DNA of 64,000 bases from a virus (Duplodnaviria; Caudoviricetes). The position numbers and the translations under genes were made by a program. Within the stretch, counting starts at the first letter, position 1. Every line of letters begins with the position of its first letter. The DNA lies in the IMG/VR virus record IMGVR_UViG_3300029288_000057, positions 192,001 through 256,000 of that record. One strand, written 5' to 3'. The notes under the pieces are model-generated. The model searched no databases, was not told the origin of the DNA, and was given only the letters and a program-made list of their open reading frames with translations. This document shows, piece by piece, positions 18,906 through 28,980 of this stretch.

Positions 18906-19667
18906 TTATTTTTCTTCTTTTTCTTTATATAACTCATATCTATTTACGATTTCAATCAAAAATTTATTTCTGACAATATCTTGTGACGTAAATTCAAACG
19001 AGTTAACTTCTTCAACCCCATTTACCATTTCAATAAAATCTAAAAATTTTGAATCTTTCTTTTTTATATCATATTGACTTATATCTCCCATCAGAACAGC
19101 CTTTGAGTCTTTCCCCAATCTTGTTATCCATAATACCAATTGTTTCATTGTGGCGTTTTGTGCTTCATCTAATAAAATTATAGAATTATCATAAGTAACT
19201 CCCCTCATATAAGCAAGTGGCTCAACACATATATATCCTGAAGCTTTTAAAAAGTCTGCACTTTGCCTGCCAATAATTTTTTCAAAATTAGACATATAAC
19301 TTCTCATAAAAGGAGCGGTTTTTTCATCTATGTCACCAGGCAAAAAGCCTAAATTTTCACCACTTTCCTGGATTGGTTTTGTAATTACGATTTTTTCAAT
19401 TTTTTTATCTGCCAATAAATAAAGTGCTGCATAACACGCTGTGAATGTTTTTGAAGTGCCTGCTGGACCTTGAACTAGTGTGAAAATGTTATTTCTAATT
19501 GCTTTATAGAAGTCTTGTTGTTTGGGGGTTAGTTGTATTCCTGATTTTTCGATTTCACTTCTACTTATAGAGTGTTTTGTTTTTGGCTTTCCGTTATAAC
19601 TGTTTACTTCACCTTTTAATTCGTCTTTTGTTTGGCTTCTATCGTTTTGTCCTCTTCTTTGTTTCAT
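18906..19667 (-). CDS. phoH: PhoH family ATPase
   Basis: GPAGTSKT Walker A, LGFLPG, YMRG, LDEAQN, GDISQYD. Confidence 0.92.
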   Translation of the reverse strand: MKQRRGQNDRSQTKDELKGEVNSYNGKPKTKHSISRSEIEKSGIQLTPKQQDFYKAIRNNIFTLVQGPAGTSKTFTACYAALYLLADKKIEKIVITKPIQESGENLGFLPGDIDEKTAPFMRSYMSNFEKIIGRQSADFLKASGYICVEPLAYMRGVTYDNSIILLDEAQNATMKQLVLWITRLGKDSKAVLMGDISQYDIKKKDSKFLDFIEMVNGVEEVNSFEFTSQDIVRNKFLIEIVNRYELYKEKEEK

Positions 19668-19763
19668 CCTTTTGTTTTACTTGGTTTACAACAATAAATA
19701 TATGAAGAAAAAGAATTAAAATCAAAAAAAGAAAAATTAAAATATTTATATATAAATAAAACC

Positions 19764-20819
19764 ATGGAAAAAACAATAAACCAAGATGAAGTAAATGCTT
19801 TACTCGCAGCTGAGATAAGAAAAGTGGGATTGAATGATGCTATAAAATTAGACAAGGTGAAAGAAAAAGTCATGCAAAAAATAAAAGAAATGAATCAAAG
19901 CATGAATGAAATGGAGAATCCAGCAGTCGCACAAGGGCCATCCACCTTTCCAAACCCAGAAGAAGATGAGGAAAGATTTAAAGTTGCTCCAGATATTAAT
20001 CAGCCGAATATTGAGGCTCCTAAGATTGGCATGGAAGCAGGTACACAACCATTGGGCGTTCCATCTGAACCAAAAATTGCAATAATTCCAGAGGTACCAG
20101 ACTTTTTAAAAGATGTAGAGCCTGGAAAGATTTTTGTATATGATTTTAACGAACTTAGTGTGGGGGGTGAAAATCTTTCAAACAAACCATTTAAAACAAT
20201 GGAAAATCCAGATGTTTGTAAATCAATGCAACAAATGTGGTCTGAGAACGGAGTAACAAAGGTGGAGGTATACCAAACAAAGTTCGAAAAAATAGGAGAT
20301 ATTATTTTTGATTACAAAAGCGGACAGTCTCAATTTATTCAAAGAGGTGCCGAACCTGATTTTGATGTGCAACAACAATATAAACAAAATCCATATGCAG
20401 CTGACCCCACAAAAGAAATAGAAAGCTATTTAAAAAACACCGTTGACGTTGACCAAAAGGTAAATGATGTCATAACAAACATTGTGAAAAACTATTTTCT
20501 TACGAATTCTGAAAGGGCGGTAAATGATAATCAGACGATAGGAATTGATGTAAATGACTTAAAAAATACAAATCCAGTTCCACCGCAACAAATGGGAATA
20601 AATAGAGCCATTCAAGAAGAAAAAGTTACAATGAAGGATTTAATTGAAGCGTTTCAAAAGATTGACACTCCAGCGGAATTGTTAGAAACAATCGAGGGAA
20701 AAAAAAACAGCGCCAAATTGGTCTACGAAGACAGAGAGATAAAAAAGTGGATTTTAAATGATAAGGAATATTATTTCCCATCCGACCCAATGTCTACAAG
20801 AAAATGTTATGTTAAATAA
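19764..20819 (+). CDS. Hypothetical acidic protein, probable virion/head-associated
   Basis: 351-aa ORF with TATTTAT upstream; leader-like N-terminus ending SMNEME. Confidence 0.55.
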   Translation: MEKTINQDEVNALLAAEIRKVGLNDAIKLDKVKEKVMQKIKEMNQSMNEMENPAVAQGPSTFPNPEEDEERFKVAPDINQPNIEAPKIGMEAGTQPLGVPSEPKIAIIPEVPDFLKDVEPGKIFVYDFNELSVGGENLSNKPFKTMENPDVCKSMQQMWSENGVTKVEVYQTKFEKIGDIIFDYKSGQSQFIQRGAEPDFDVQQQYKQNPYAADPTKEIESYLKNTVDVDQKVNDVITNIVKNYFLTNSERAVNDNQTIGIDVNDLKNTNPVPPQQMGINRAIQEEKVTMKDLIEAFQKIDTPAELLETIEGKKNSAKLVYEDREIKKWILNDKEYYFPSDPMSTRKCYVK

Positions 20820-20871
20820 ATTTATCTATTTACTTTAGCATTACATATAATTAAATTTAAATAAAAAAATC

Positions 20872-21144
20872 ATGGAAAAACTTTGGAAAATAAAAAACCT
20901 GACAAAGGGACCAGTAAAACTTACTGTTTGCGTTAAATCTGATATGGCACCAGGCCTTATATTACAACCCAATCAATTTTGTTTGGGCAAGCAACAAATG
21001 ACAGCGCCTCTCGACAAACAATCAAAAACAAAAATGGTATCAATTGAAGATTTTGATAACACTTATTCTTTAGACTTAGCGAAAGCTTATGATGAATCTG
21101 TTTTGGACAGGGCAAAAGAAAAAACCGAAAATTACGCAAAATAA
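20872..21144 (+). CDS. Hypothetical protein
   Basis: 90-aa ORF co-oriented with neighbours, A-rich leader. Confidence 0.6.
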   Translation: MEKLWKIKNLTKGPVKLTVCVKSDMAPGLILQPNQFCLGKQQMTAPLDKQSKTKMVSIEDFDNTYSLDLAKAYDESVLDRAKEKTENYAK

Positions 21145-21284
21145 TTAAAAACTATTTATTTTACTTTTTTCGAATCCTATATTTAATTTATATTAAGTAT
21201 AGGATTTTTTTGTTGAGGAGAAGGATGACTTGGGGGTGGGGTAATGGAACAAAATTTTATCATATTTATAATAAAATATAATTT

Positions 21285-22058
21285 ATGAGAAGAACACAAA
21301 AACAACTTAAAGAAGAAGAAATTCTTTTCCAAATAATTCAAGAAAATAATCAATGGATAGGTTGTCGAATTTGCCCAGAATGTAATAATAAAATAAAGCA
21401 CTCTGCATTTAATAAAAATGTTTTAATGCGAACAATAAGGAATTCTTTAAAAATTCATTGTGCCTCTTGTAATAAAAAAGGTGAAAACAACCATTTTTTT
21501 GGAAAAAATCACTCTAAAGAAACAAAAAAAATACAATCAGAAAATAGAATTGGCAAGGGATGCGGCGAAAACAATGCAATGAGTAATATTAAAAACAGAG
21601 AAGCTCTTTCTAAAACAATAAAAGCAAAGTATGATAGCGGCGAATTTGATTTTTTGAGAAAAATACAAAGTGAAACTGCGAAGAAAAATCAAGCGTCAGG
21701 ATTGTTAAAATATGCACCGATTTCAGAACCAGAAAAGGAAATAAAAAAAAGCTTACAAGAAATAGGATTTTCCGTTGAATCTCAGTTTCCAATAAAAAGT
21801 TTACATTATGATTTGTTTATAAAGGAAAAAAATTTATTAATTGAATATAATGGCGATTTCTGGCATTGTAATCCAAAAAAATATCCCGCAGATTATTTAA
21901 ACAAAAAAAAGAACATGACAGCCGAAGAATTGTGGGAACAAGATGAAAAAAAGAAAAATATAGCAATAGAAAATAATTATAAATTTATTGTTATTTGGGA
22001 AAGCGATTATAAAAAAAATAAAGAAATAGAAATAAATAAAATTTTAAATATAAAATAA
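21285..22058 (+). CDS. Putative homing endonuclease (Zn finger + NUMOD3 + Vsr/DUF559-like nuclease)
   Basis: CPEC/CASC, GENNHFFGKNHSKETK (NUMOD3), YDLFI...LIEYNGDFWH...IWESD. Confidence 0.8.
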   Translation: MRRTQKQLKEEEILFQIIQENNQWIGCRICPECNNKIKHSAFNKNVLMRTIRNSLKIHCASCNKKGENNHFFGKNHSKETKKIQSENRIGKGCGENNAMSNIKNREALSKTIKAKYDSGEFDFLRKIQSETAKKNQASGLLKYAPISEPEKEIKKSLQEIGFSVESQFPIKSLHYDLFIKEKNLLIEYNGDFWHCNPKKYPADYLNKKKNMTAEELWEQDEKKKNIAIENNYKFIVIWESDYKKNKEIEINKILNIK

Positions 22059-23432
22059 ATGGAAAAAAACAAAATTAAATTATTATTACAACCCTCAGAC
22101 AATCAAGGAGTTGGACATTTTCGTTCTATTTGGCCAGCACAATCAATACAAGAAAACTTTGGGAATGAAATCGAAGTTGAAATTGGTATTGATATCGATT
22201 ACAATGATATAAATTATTTGTCGCAATTTGACATAATCCACTTTCATAGGCAAATGGGAGATTATGCTAAATTTGAAGCATTGTCAAAACAACTAAGAGA
22301 AAAGGGTACAGTTCTTATAATGGACTTAGATGACTATTGGGAGCCAGCCACAACACATCCTCTTTATGAAATAGTAAAAAAGGATAAACTTTCTGAAAAG
22401 ATACTAAACAATTTAAAAAATGTAGATTGTGTTACAACAACAACAGATGTTTTTAAAAAATATCTTTTAAAAATTAATCCATATGTTCATGTCATTCCAA
22501 ACGCTTTAGATATGAATCATAAAATGTGGACATCGGAAGTTCAAGAAAACAAATCGGGAAAATGCCGAATTGCTTGGATTGGTGGGTCTAGTCATCTTCA
22601 TGATTTACTTTTATTGCAAGACTCAATGTTAAAGCTTAACTCATCTCAAGAGCTGACAGATAAATATCAAATTATTATGTGCGGATTTGACATTAGAGGT
22701 ACTATAACTGAAATTAGACCAGATGGGTCAACAAATATGAGAGTCATTCAACCCAATGAAAGCGTATGGAATAAATTTGAACAAATTTTTACAAGTGATT
22801 ATTCTTTGATTAAAAACAAAAAATATGTTGAGTATCTTAAGGCGATAAAAAAAGATGATTTTCCAGGGTTTGAGTTGGAAAATTATGTAAGAAGATGGAC
22901 TTTGCCGCTAACTCAATATGGAAAACACTACGACTATTGTGATGTTTGTTTGTCACCGCTAGATGAAGTAGAAATGGTTAAAGACAGCAAGGGAACAATT
23001 TCAAGAAGAGTTCACATGTTTAATGAAGTCAAATCGGAATTAAAAATCATTGAGGCTGGTATGAAGAAAAAGGCGCTTATTGCTCAGGATTTTGGTATTT
23101 ATAAACACTTGCTAAAGGATGGAAAAACTGGAATCTTGGTTTCCGATAATAAAAAAGGTTGGTACAAGGCAATGAGAGAGTTGATTTTAAATCCAGATTT
23201 AAGAGAAACTTTGGCCAACAATCTTCACGAATTCGTAAAAGACAAATATGAGCTTAAAAACGTAACAGAAGAACGTGTGCAATTCTATAAAAAAATTATA
23301 CAAGAAAAACAAAGCGGCGAATTAAATGTATTTTCACAAAAAAGAGTTGAAATGCATGCGCCAAAATCAAACCCTTTTAATTTAGAAGGCATCATACAAA
23401 GGCCTCCAGTATTATTAAAAAATCGTCCATAA
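22059..23432 (+). CDS. GT-B (GT4-like) glycosyltransferase
   Basis: GVGHFRSIWP, MDLDDYW, IAWIGGSSHLHDL, KSELKIIEAG. Confidence 0.8.
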   Translation: MEKNKIKLLLQPSDNQGVGHFRSIWPAQSIQENFGNEIEVEIGIDIDYNDINYLSQFDIIHFHRQMGDYAKFEALSKQLREKGTVLIMDLDDYWEPATTHPLYEIVKKDKLSEKILNNLKNVDCVTTTTDVFKKYLLKINPYVHVIPNALDMNHKMWTSEVQENKSGKCRIAWIGGSSHLHDLLLLQDSMLKLNSSQELTDKYQIIMCGFDIRGTITEIRPDGSTNMRVIQPNESVWNKFEQIFTSDYSLIKNKKYVEYLKAIKKDDFPGFELENYVRRWTLPLTQYGKHYDYCDVCLSPLDEVEMVKDSKGTISRRVHMFNEVKSELKIIEAGMKKKALIAQDFGIYKHLLKDGKTGILVSDNKKGWYKAMRELILNPDLRETLANNLHEFVKDKYELKNVTEERVQFYKKIIQEKQSGELNVFSQKRVEMHAPKSNPFNLEGIIQRPPVLLKNRP

Positions 23433-23474
23433 TTAAACATTTTTTAATTTTTCTCGTATAACAAAGAAAAAATT

Positions 23475-24254
23475 ATGTTTGGAGCTATAGTTGGAGATGT
23501 AATAGGTTCATATTATGAATTCTATAATTGTAAGAGTGAAAAATTCGATTTGTTTTGTGAAAAAACAAGATTCACGGACGATACTGTTTTGACCATTGCG
23601 GTGGCCGATGCTTACATGAATAAAAAAGATTATGCTATTACCTATAAGGAATATGCCAGAAAACACAAATTAGCTGGCTTTGGAGGAAGTTTTGTTAATT
23701 GGGTGGATGGAGATAGTATGTTACCATATAATAGTTGGGGAAATGGCTCCGCAATGCGTGTAAGCTCAATCGGGTGGTTGTGTAATACTCTTGAAGATGT
23801 TTTAAAAGAAGCTGAAAAGACAGCTGCAGTCACCCACAATCATTCTGAAGGTATAAAAGGAGCCCAAGCAATCGCAGGCTCAGTTTTTTTGGCAAGGATG
23901 GGAAAAACAAAAGAAGAAATAAAAGAATTTGTCATAAGCACATTTGAATACAATCTAAATAGAACATTAAGTGAAATAAGGCCAACATACAAATTTGATG
24001 TATCTTGTCAAGGGTCTGTTCCAGAAGCCATCATAGCTTTTTTAGAATCAAATGACTTTGAAGATTGTATAAGAAAGGCTATTTCTATCGGAGGAGATAG
24101 TGATACAATTGCAGCCATGGCTGGAGGAATTGCAGAAGCATACTACAAAGGAGTGCCTGAAGAAATTGGAGTAAAAGTGTTTGAAATAATAACTAAAGAC
24201 ACAGAATTCGAGCCAATTCTCATACAATTCTACGAAGCAATTAATAAAATATAA
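23475..24254 (+). CDS. ADP-ribosylglycohydrolase (DraG/ARH family)
   Basis: GAIVGDVIG, FTDDT, GNGSAMR, THNH, GGDSDTIAAMAG. Confidence 0.93.
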   Translation: MFGAIVGDVIGSYYEFYNCKSEKFDLFCEKTRFTDDTVLTIAVADAYMNKKDYAITYKEYARKHKLAGFGGSFVNWVDGDSMLPYNSWGNGSAMRVSSIGWLCNTLEDVLKEAEKTAAVTHNHSEGIKGAQAIAGSVFLARMGKTKEEIKEFVISTFEYNLNRTLSEIRPTYKFDVSCQGSVPEAIIAFLESNDFEDCIRKAISIGGDSDTIAAMAGGIAEAYYKGVPEEIGVKVFEIITKDTEFEPILIQFYEAINKI

Positions 24255-24257
24255 CAA

Positions 24258-24288
24258 AAAAGCCCCAAATTCTGGGGCTTTTCTTTTT
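24258..24288. terminator. Bidirectional intrinsic terminator
   Basis: aaaagcccca-aattc-tggggctttt between convergent genes. Confidence 0.8.
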
Positions 24289-26603
24289 TAGATAGTTATC
24301 TTTTCCATTTTATCATCAAGTTCAAATTTGATGTCCTGTCCGTCAATATTAAGAGTCATTTCTTTTTCATCCCTGCTGCTAAATTCTTTAAACCATGACT
24401 TGCCAACTACACATAAAAACTTGCTCTTCGAAATTTCATTCATTAGTTGATTCTTCCTTTTTCTGAAAAGCTTTGATTTTTTATCAATCCAAGACTCGAT
24501 GAGTTTGTCATCCTCGATATCTTTCATGGATTTCATAAAATTTTCAAATTCTTCAATTGCAGGAAGCAATAATGATTCTCTTGCAGATAAGCTTTCACCT
24601 TTTTTGTATTTTTCTAGAACTTTCTGGAAATCTTTTTCTGCGGTCATTAAAGTAAGTCCACCGATTTTAATTTTAAGTGAATTTACAAAAATTTCTTCTC
24701 CAGTTTTTTCCAAAGTACTGGGAGGGTTGAATCCATTGGCGGTAATTCCTAGTTCTTTTAACCAATTTGTTTCTTCTTCTCCATACAGGTTAATAAAATC
24801 AAAACTTACTTTTCCTAGTTTTGCTTTTTTGTAATGGTTGAATACTGAATTGTTTGCTTTTAATTTAAGAAGTTCATATTCGTTTTCAAACAATTCTTTC
24901 GCAGACATTGTATTAACCATTAATCGATTAATAACTGGAAGAGATGAAAAATCAAGAACATAAATCTTTTCAGACTCATATTTTTCCCCTTTTAAAAGTC
25001 CATTTTTTTGAAGTTTATCAAAGGTAGACTCTGTTAAACTAATTGGAAGTTGATAGGTGTGAATTACACCATCTTTAATTAATGTATAATTCCTAAACTT
25101 AGATGTTTTAAAGATTTTAGGAAGCTTAGAAAAACTATTCTCAGGCAATTCCACTTGTCCTGGATATCTTACCTGAACAGAAAGATTGGCTCTTTTTTCA
25201 TTCCAAACCAAATCGGTAATAGGGTAGCCCATATTTTCATCCTCGTATTCAAAAGTCAAGCCTTCTTTTTTAGAAACCTCTTCAGCTTTTTCTTTTAACT
25301 CATTTACCTTTCCTTCTTTTAATAGTTTTTCTAATTCTTCTTTGTCCTTATCTGTCATTGCTGATTTTAAAACAGCTTTTGCTCCAATTCTTTTATATTT
25401 AAATGCTTCGTGATTGGGGAACCATAGGTTGTTTTCTTCTTCCATTAAATCCTCAATCATATCAAGTACACAATACGCATCTTCTGCAGGTTCCAAATCA
25501 GGATTATATCCCTCAACAAATCTTGCGTTTTTATCTTTAACTGCTTGTAAAAACTCAGCTTCCAATTCGTTTATTTTTTGAGTGCCAAAAGTATTCGCTT
25601 TTTTTACAATAAATTTGGCGTCACCAATAAATTTTAAAACCTCAGAAACTTTATTGTAGTCGCTAATTCTACTAAAACTAAATAATGCAGCATAAAGGGC
25701 GGTAGAAAATTTATCCTTTTCTTCGTCTTTGCCATGCAACCTCTCTTTGACATTAGTTGCCTCGCTCAACATATTCATTTTAACTTCAGTTCCAACGGGA
25801 TATTTTGAAAAATAATAAAATCCCTCATCGTCTTCATTAACGAAAACTTCATTTTTGTCATTTGTTGAATAATTGATAACTTCCCCATCAGCAGTGATGT
25901 TAAACACACTCCCAAAACTTAAACCACCTTCCAGTTTAACATATTTTCTTTTCGAAGTCTTTTGACTATTGAATTCTTTTTGAATGTAAGGTTCGTAGTC
26001 CTGAAAGTGTTCACTGAAAATGTGAACTCCACCCATTTCACAAGCTATTTTGGCCAACAATTCCTTATTACAATACCAACCGTATTCAACCACTGTGGAA
26101 CTTGATAATTGTTCTTTAATTGCATTAACAGCACCTAAAATTTCTTTGGTGGAATATTGGTTGTCGTATCCGTCAGTAATAAAAAACAAAGAGTTAATAA
26201 TTCCTGGTTTTTCTTTTATAACCCTAGCAATAACTGCATTCGCCTCAACAAATGGGTCCTTAAAAGCGGTTAATCCAACCGTAGTTAGATATCTGTCAAT
26301 TAACTCCTTAACCTTAATTAAACTGATGTTGCTTTTTAAATGATAATCTTCTAAAATAACACCACACTGTCCTCTTCCAGAGAACCAGATAATTGTTAAT
26401 GAATCTTCAGGTTTTAAATCAGTTGAGATTTTATTATATAAATCCTTTCTGATTTTTGGTAATTCGTCATACATTGACCCAGAACAGTCGACTATAAAAA
26501 CATGGTGTGTGTTAACCACAACTGTTTTTACTTGTACTGTGTCTTTTTTGATTTTTTGGTTAATCAAAAAAAGTTCGTCTTTAATCTTGATAAATTTTAT
26601 CAT
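24288..26603 (-). CDS. von Willebrand factor A (MIDAS) domain protein
   Basis: FIVDCSGSM, GLT, FITDG; likely start MIKFIKIK at 26603, downstream of a TATATTTG element at 26638-26645 (-). Confidence 0.8.
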   Translation of the reverse strand: MIKFIKIKDELFLINQKIKKDTVQVKTVVVNTHHVFIVDCSGSMYDELPKIRKDLYNKISTDLKPEDSLTIIWFSGRGQCGVILEDYHLKSNISLIKVKELIDRYLTTVGLTAFKDPFVEANAVIARVIKEKPGIINSLFFITDGYDNQYSTKEILGAVNAIKEQLSSSTVVEYGWYCNKELLAKIACEMGGVHIFSEHFQDYEPYIQKEFNSQKTSKRKYVKLEGGLSFGSVFNITADGEVINYSTNDKNEVFVNEDDEGFYYFSKYPVGTEVKMNMLSEATNVKERLHGKDEEKDKFSTALYAALFSFSRISDYNKVSEVLKFIGDAKFIVKKANTFGTQKINELEAEFLQAVKDKNARFVEGYNPDLEPAEDAYCVLDMIEDLMEEENNLWFPNHEAFKYKRIGAKAVLKSAMTDKDKEELEKLLKEGKVNELKEKAEEVSKKEGLTFEYEDENMGYPITDLVWNEKRANLSVQVRYPGQVELPENSFSKLPKIFKTSKFRNYTLIKDGVIHTYQLPISLTESTFDKLQKNGLLKGEKYESEKIYVLDFSSLPVINRLMVNTMSAKELFENEYELLKLKANNSVFNHYKKAKLGKVSFDFINLYGEEETNWLKELGITANGFNPPSTLEKTGEEIFVNSLKIKIGGLTLMTAEKDFQKVLEKYKKGESLSARESLLLPAIEEFENFMKSMKDIEDDKLIESWIDKKSKLFRKRKNQLMNEISKSKFLCVVGKSWFKEFSSRDEKEMTLNIDGQDIKFELDDKMEKITI

Positions 26604-26700
26604 TTTTATTAGTTTTAATGAAACATGTTTTAAAAGGCAAATATAGGAAGAATTTTTCAAAAGTCATAATTTTTGTATATTTATATTAAACTTTAATAAA

Positions 26701-27513
26701 ATGAAAGATATTACTTTAAATTTTGGTGCTATAAGAGACACTATCACAAGACTTTCTTCAATGGAAATATTAAAAGAAAGTACAGATAATACGCTAAAAG
26801 TCTTTACTGATATGGTAAAAAAGAGCCCAACCTTATTAAAACAACATTATGTTTTTAAGAATTTTGAGGATGCCAAGCCATTTGCGAAGGAAAGGTTGGC
26901 AGAAAGGTTTATAAACCAAAATTTAAGTATATTGAGGGGAATAAAATGGCAAGATATTATTAATGAAAATAAAAACATAAGAATTTCTTTGTTGGAAAAC
27001 AGCCATGTTGAGTCAAATACTGGAAAAAACGATAAATTATTCAACAACATCCATACACTAATAGAATCCGCTACAAACCCAAATTTTACAAAAACACAAG
27101 TAGAACAGGAGGCTTACGAGTTTCTTTTGGAATATCTAACCAGAGAAGTGCCTGCTGCGGAGGCATCAAAAGAAAAAATTGACAATCCTGAATTAAAAAA
27201 TTGGCAGTATATTACAAAGCTTGCAGTAAATAACTTTAACGAAAGATATTCTCATTTAAATGAAGAGGAAAAAAGAGTTTTGAGCATGCTCCTGGCCGAT
27301 GACAATAAAAAAATGAATCATATTCAAGACTTAAGAAAAGAAAATTTAGATTTGATTAAAGATTTATTAAAAGAAGCAAAGGAACAAGAAAGAATAAGTA
27401 TATTAGAGGCATTTAAGGCTAAGTTAAATAAAGAATATGTCTTTGATTCTTATAGCGCTGATGATTTTATTATCTCGTATTCTGAGCTTAATGATAATTT
27501 AAAAAACATGTAA
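26701..27513 (+). CDS. Hypothetical helical protein, probable head-assembly/core component
   Basis: 270-aa ORF, TATTTAT upstream, several L-x-E sites (ILKES, LIES). Confidence 0.55.
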   Translation: MKDITLNFGAIRDTITRLSSMEILKESTDNTLKVFTDMVKKSPTLLKQHYVFKNFEDAKPFAKERLAERFINQNLSILRGIKWQDIINENKNIRISLLENSHVESNTGKNDKLFNNIHTLIESATNPNFTKTQVEQEAYEFLLEYLTREVPAAEASKEKIDNPELKNWQYITKLAVNNFNERYSHLNEEEKRVLSMLLADDNKKMNHIQDLRKENLDLIKDLLKEAKEQERISILEAFKAKLNKEYVFDSYSADDFIISYSELNDNLKNM

Positions 27514-27517
27514 AAAT

Positions 27518-27542
27518 AAAAGCCGCTAAAAACGGCTTTTTT
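27518..27542. terminator. Bidirectional intrinsic terminator
   Basis: aaaagccg-ctaaaaa-cggctttttt. Confidence 0.7.
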
Positions 27543-27547
27543 ACATT

Positions 27548-27724
27548 TTAATCAACATTAATTTCTTCTATACGAACCATTCCGCAGTTCACAATTTCTT
27601 CTTTTGTTTCCCCGACTAATCCTTCCCAATCGGCACCATCAATGTCTTCTTGTGCCTTTTCTTTTGTGGAATATGCTTCTGCGAATCCCATATCCCATTC
27701 ACATTTAATCTTATATATTATCAT
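27548..27724 (-). CDS. Small acidic hypothetical protein (58 aa), not in ORF track
   Basis: MIIYKIKCEWDMGFAEAYSTKEKAQEDIDGADWEGLVGETKEEIVNCGMVRIEEINVD. Confidence 0.6.
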   Translation of the reverse strand: MIIYKIKCEWDMGFAEAYSTKEKAQEDIDGADWEGLVGETKEEIVNCGMVRIEEINVD

Positions 27725-27740
27725 AATTTTATTATTTTTC

Positions 27741-28115
27741 CTAACAACAATACGTAATATTTTTTTCTGGTTCAGCGCCCCAATCTTCTCTACATTTTCC
27801 TTTATCTCTCAACTCTACTCCCTCACACTCCACAAATATTTGCCTTCTGTTTTTTGAATATCCATTACTAAAACAAATTATTACGTCTTTAGGGTTATAA
27901 ATCGTTCCTTTTATATCTATTCCAAACTTATAAGAAGGTGATTCTTTTATACCATGGCATCCAAGAAACCAATTAAAACTTGTAAATTTCTTTGTCCAAT
28001 ATAGTTTAAGTTCTCTATATTCTTCTGTCTTTTCACCACACGCAATCATGTCAAACCATTTTGATTTAACATTCAAGTGCAGAATTTGTTTTGGCTTTTG
28101 AATTTCTTCTGACAT
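27741..28115 (-). CDS. ASCH-domain protein with apparently frameshifted C-terminus
   Basis: LHLNVKSKWFDMIACGEKTEEYRELKLYW, FSNGY, WGAEP. Confidence 0.8.
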   Translation of the reverse strand: MSEEIQKPKQILHLNVKSKWFDMIACGEKTEEYRELKLYWTKKFTSFNWFLGCHGIKESPSYKFGIDIKGTIYNPKDVIICFSNGYSKNRRQIFVECEGVELRDKGKCREDWGAEPEKNITYCC

Positions 28116-28587
28116 AAAAATTATCCTCTGTTTTTTTTAAATTGTCTCCGACAAAGTTAGAGATTTTTACACACTCTTCAAACAATTCTGTGTTTTTTTT
28201 TGCATTTAATGGATATTTTTTTTCTGATTTAATATTCAGCGTGTGTAAATATATTTCTAAAGAAATAAAATTTGATTTATTGTTGTAGTTAAAGTTTTCT
28301 GGTATATTGTAAATATATATGTTTTCTTCATCAAAAGGGAAAAAATAGTTTTCATGTAAAAACCCCTTTACTTTTCCGTGCAGGAGAGATTTTAAATTAT
28401 CTTCAAGAAGTTTCCTTTCGTTATTTAGTTGATTTATGGTGGTTTTCGGTTTAATCCAAAAACTAGCATTAATATAAATGGTTTGAGGGAAATCCCTATT
28501 TTCTACGGTTCCTATTTTTACGTTAATGTTTTTATTAGTTAAAACGTTATTGTTTACTGTTATTTCCCTTGCCGTCCTTTTATTCAT
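28066..28587 (-). CDS. Hypothetical protein
   Basis: 173-aa ORF heading a small minus-strand operon; Bacteroidota-like promoter upstream (~28603-28635). Confidence 0.65.
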   Translation of the reverse strand: MNKRTAREITVNNNVLTNKNINVKIGTVENRDFPQTIYINASFWIKPKTTINQLNNERKLLEDNLKSLLHGKVKGFLHENYFFPFDEENIYIYNIPENFNYNNKSNFISLEIYLHTLNIKSEKKYPLNAKKNTELFEECVKISNFVGDNLKKTEDNFYVRRNSKAKTNSALEC

Positions 28588-28667
28588 TTCTTCTCATTTT
28601 GTCAAAATATAATAAAAAAAAACACAATTATCAAATTTTGCAATATTTATATAAAAATACATTCTTT

Positions 28668-28976
28668 ATGAACTCAGAACTTAAAAAATTCATCCAAGAA
28701 AAAGTAAAAAAACTTCATAGACTAACCATGTTAGAAGAGCAGAAAAAAGAAATTGAAGCTGATTTAAAACTTCTCGCAGAAAGTAAGACTACAGATAAGT
28801 GGATTCAAAAAGCAGTAGACCCAGAACATAAAGGATATTGTACTCCAATGACTAAGGCAACTTGTACACCAAAAAGAAAAGCTTTGGCAAAAAGATTTAA
28901 AAAGGGAATAGACGAAGAACTTGACTCAAAAGAAGAATCTACATTAGTTGATAAATCTAAAAAAGATAAAGAATAA
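28668..28976 (+). CDS. Small putative internal head protein (leader plus basic Cys-containing peptide)
   Basis: Likely start MNSELKK at 28668 after TATTTAT (28644-28650); leader then KWIQKAVDPEHKGYCTPMTKATCTPKRKALAKRFKK. Confidence 0.6.
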   Translation: MNSELKKFIQEKVKKLHRLTMLEEQKKEIEADLKLLAESKTTDKWIQKAVDPEHKGYCTPMTKATCTPKRKALAKRFKKGIDEELDSKEESTLVDKSKKDKE

Positions 28977-28980
28977 TCTT

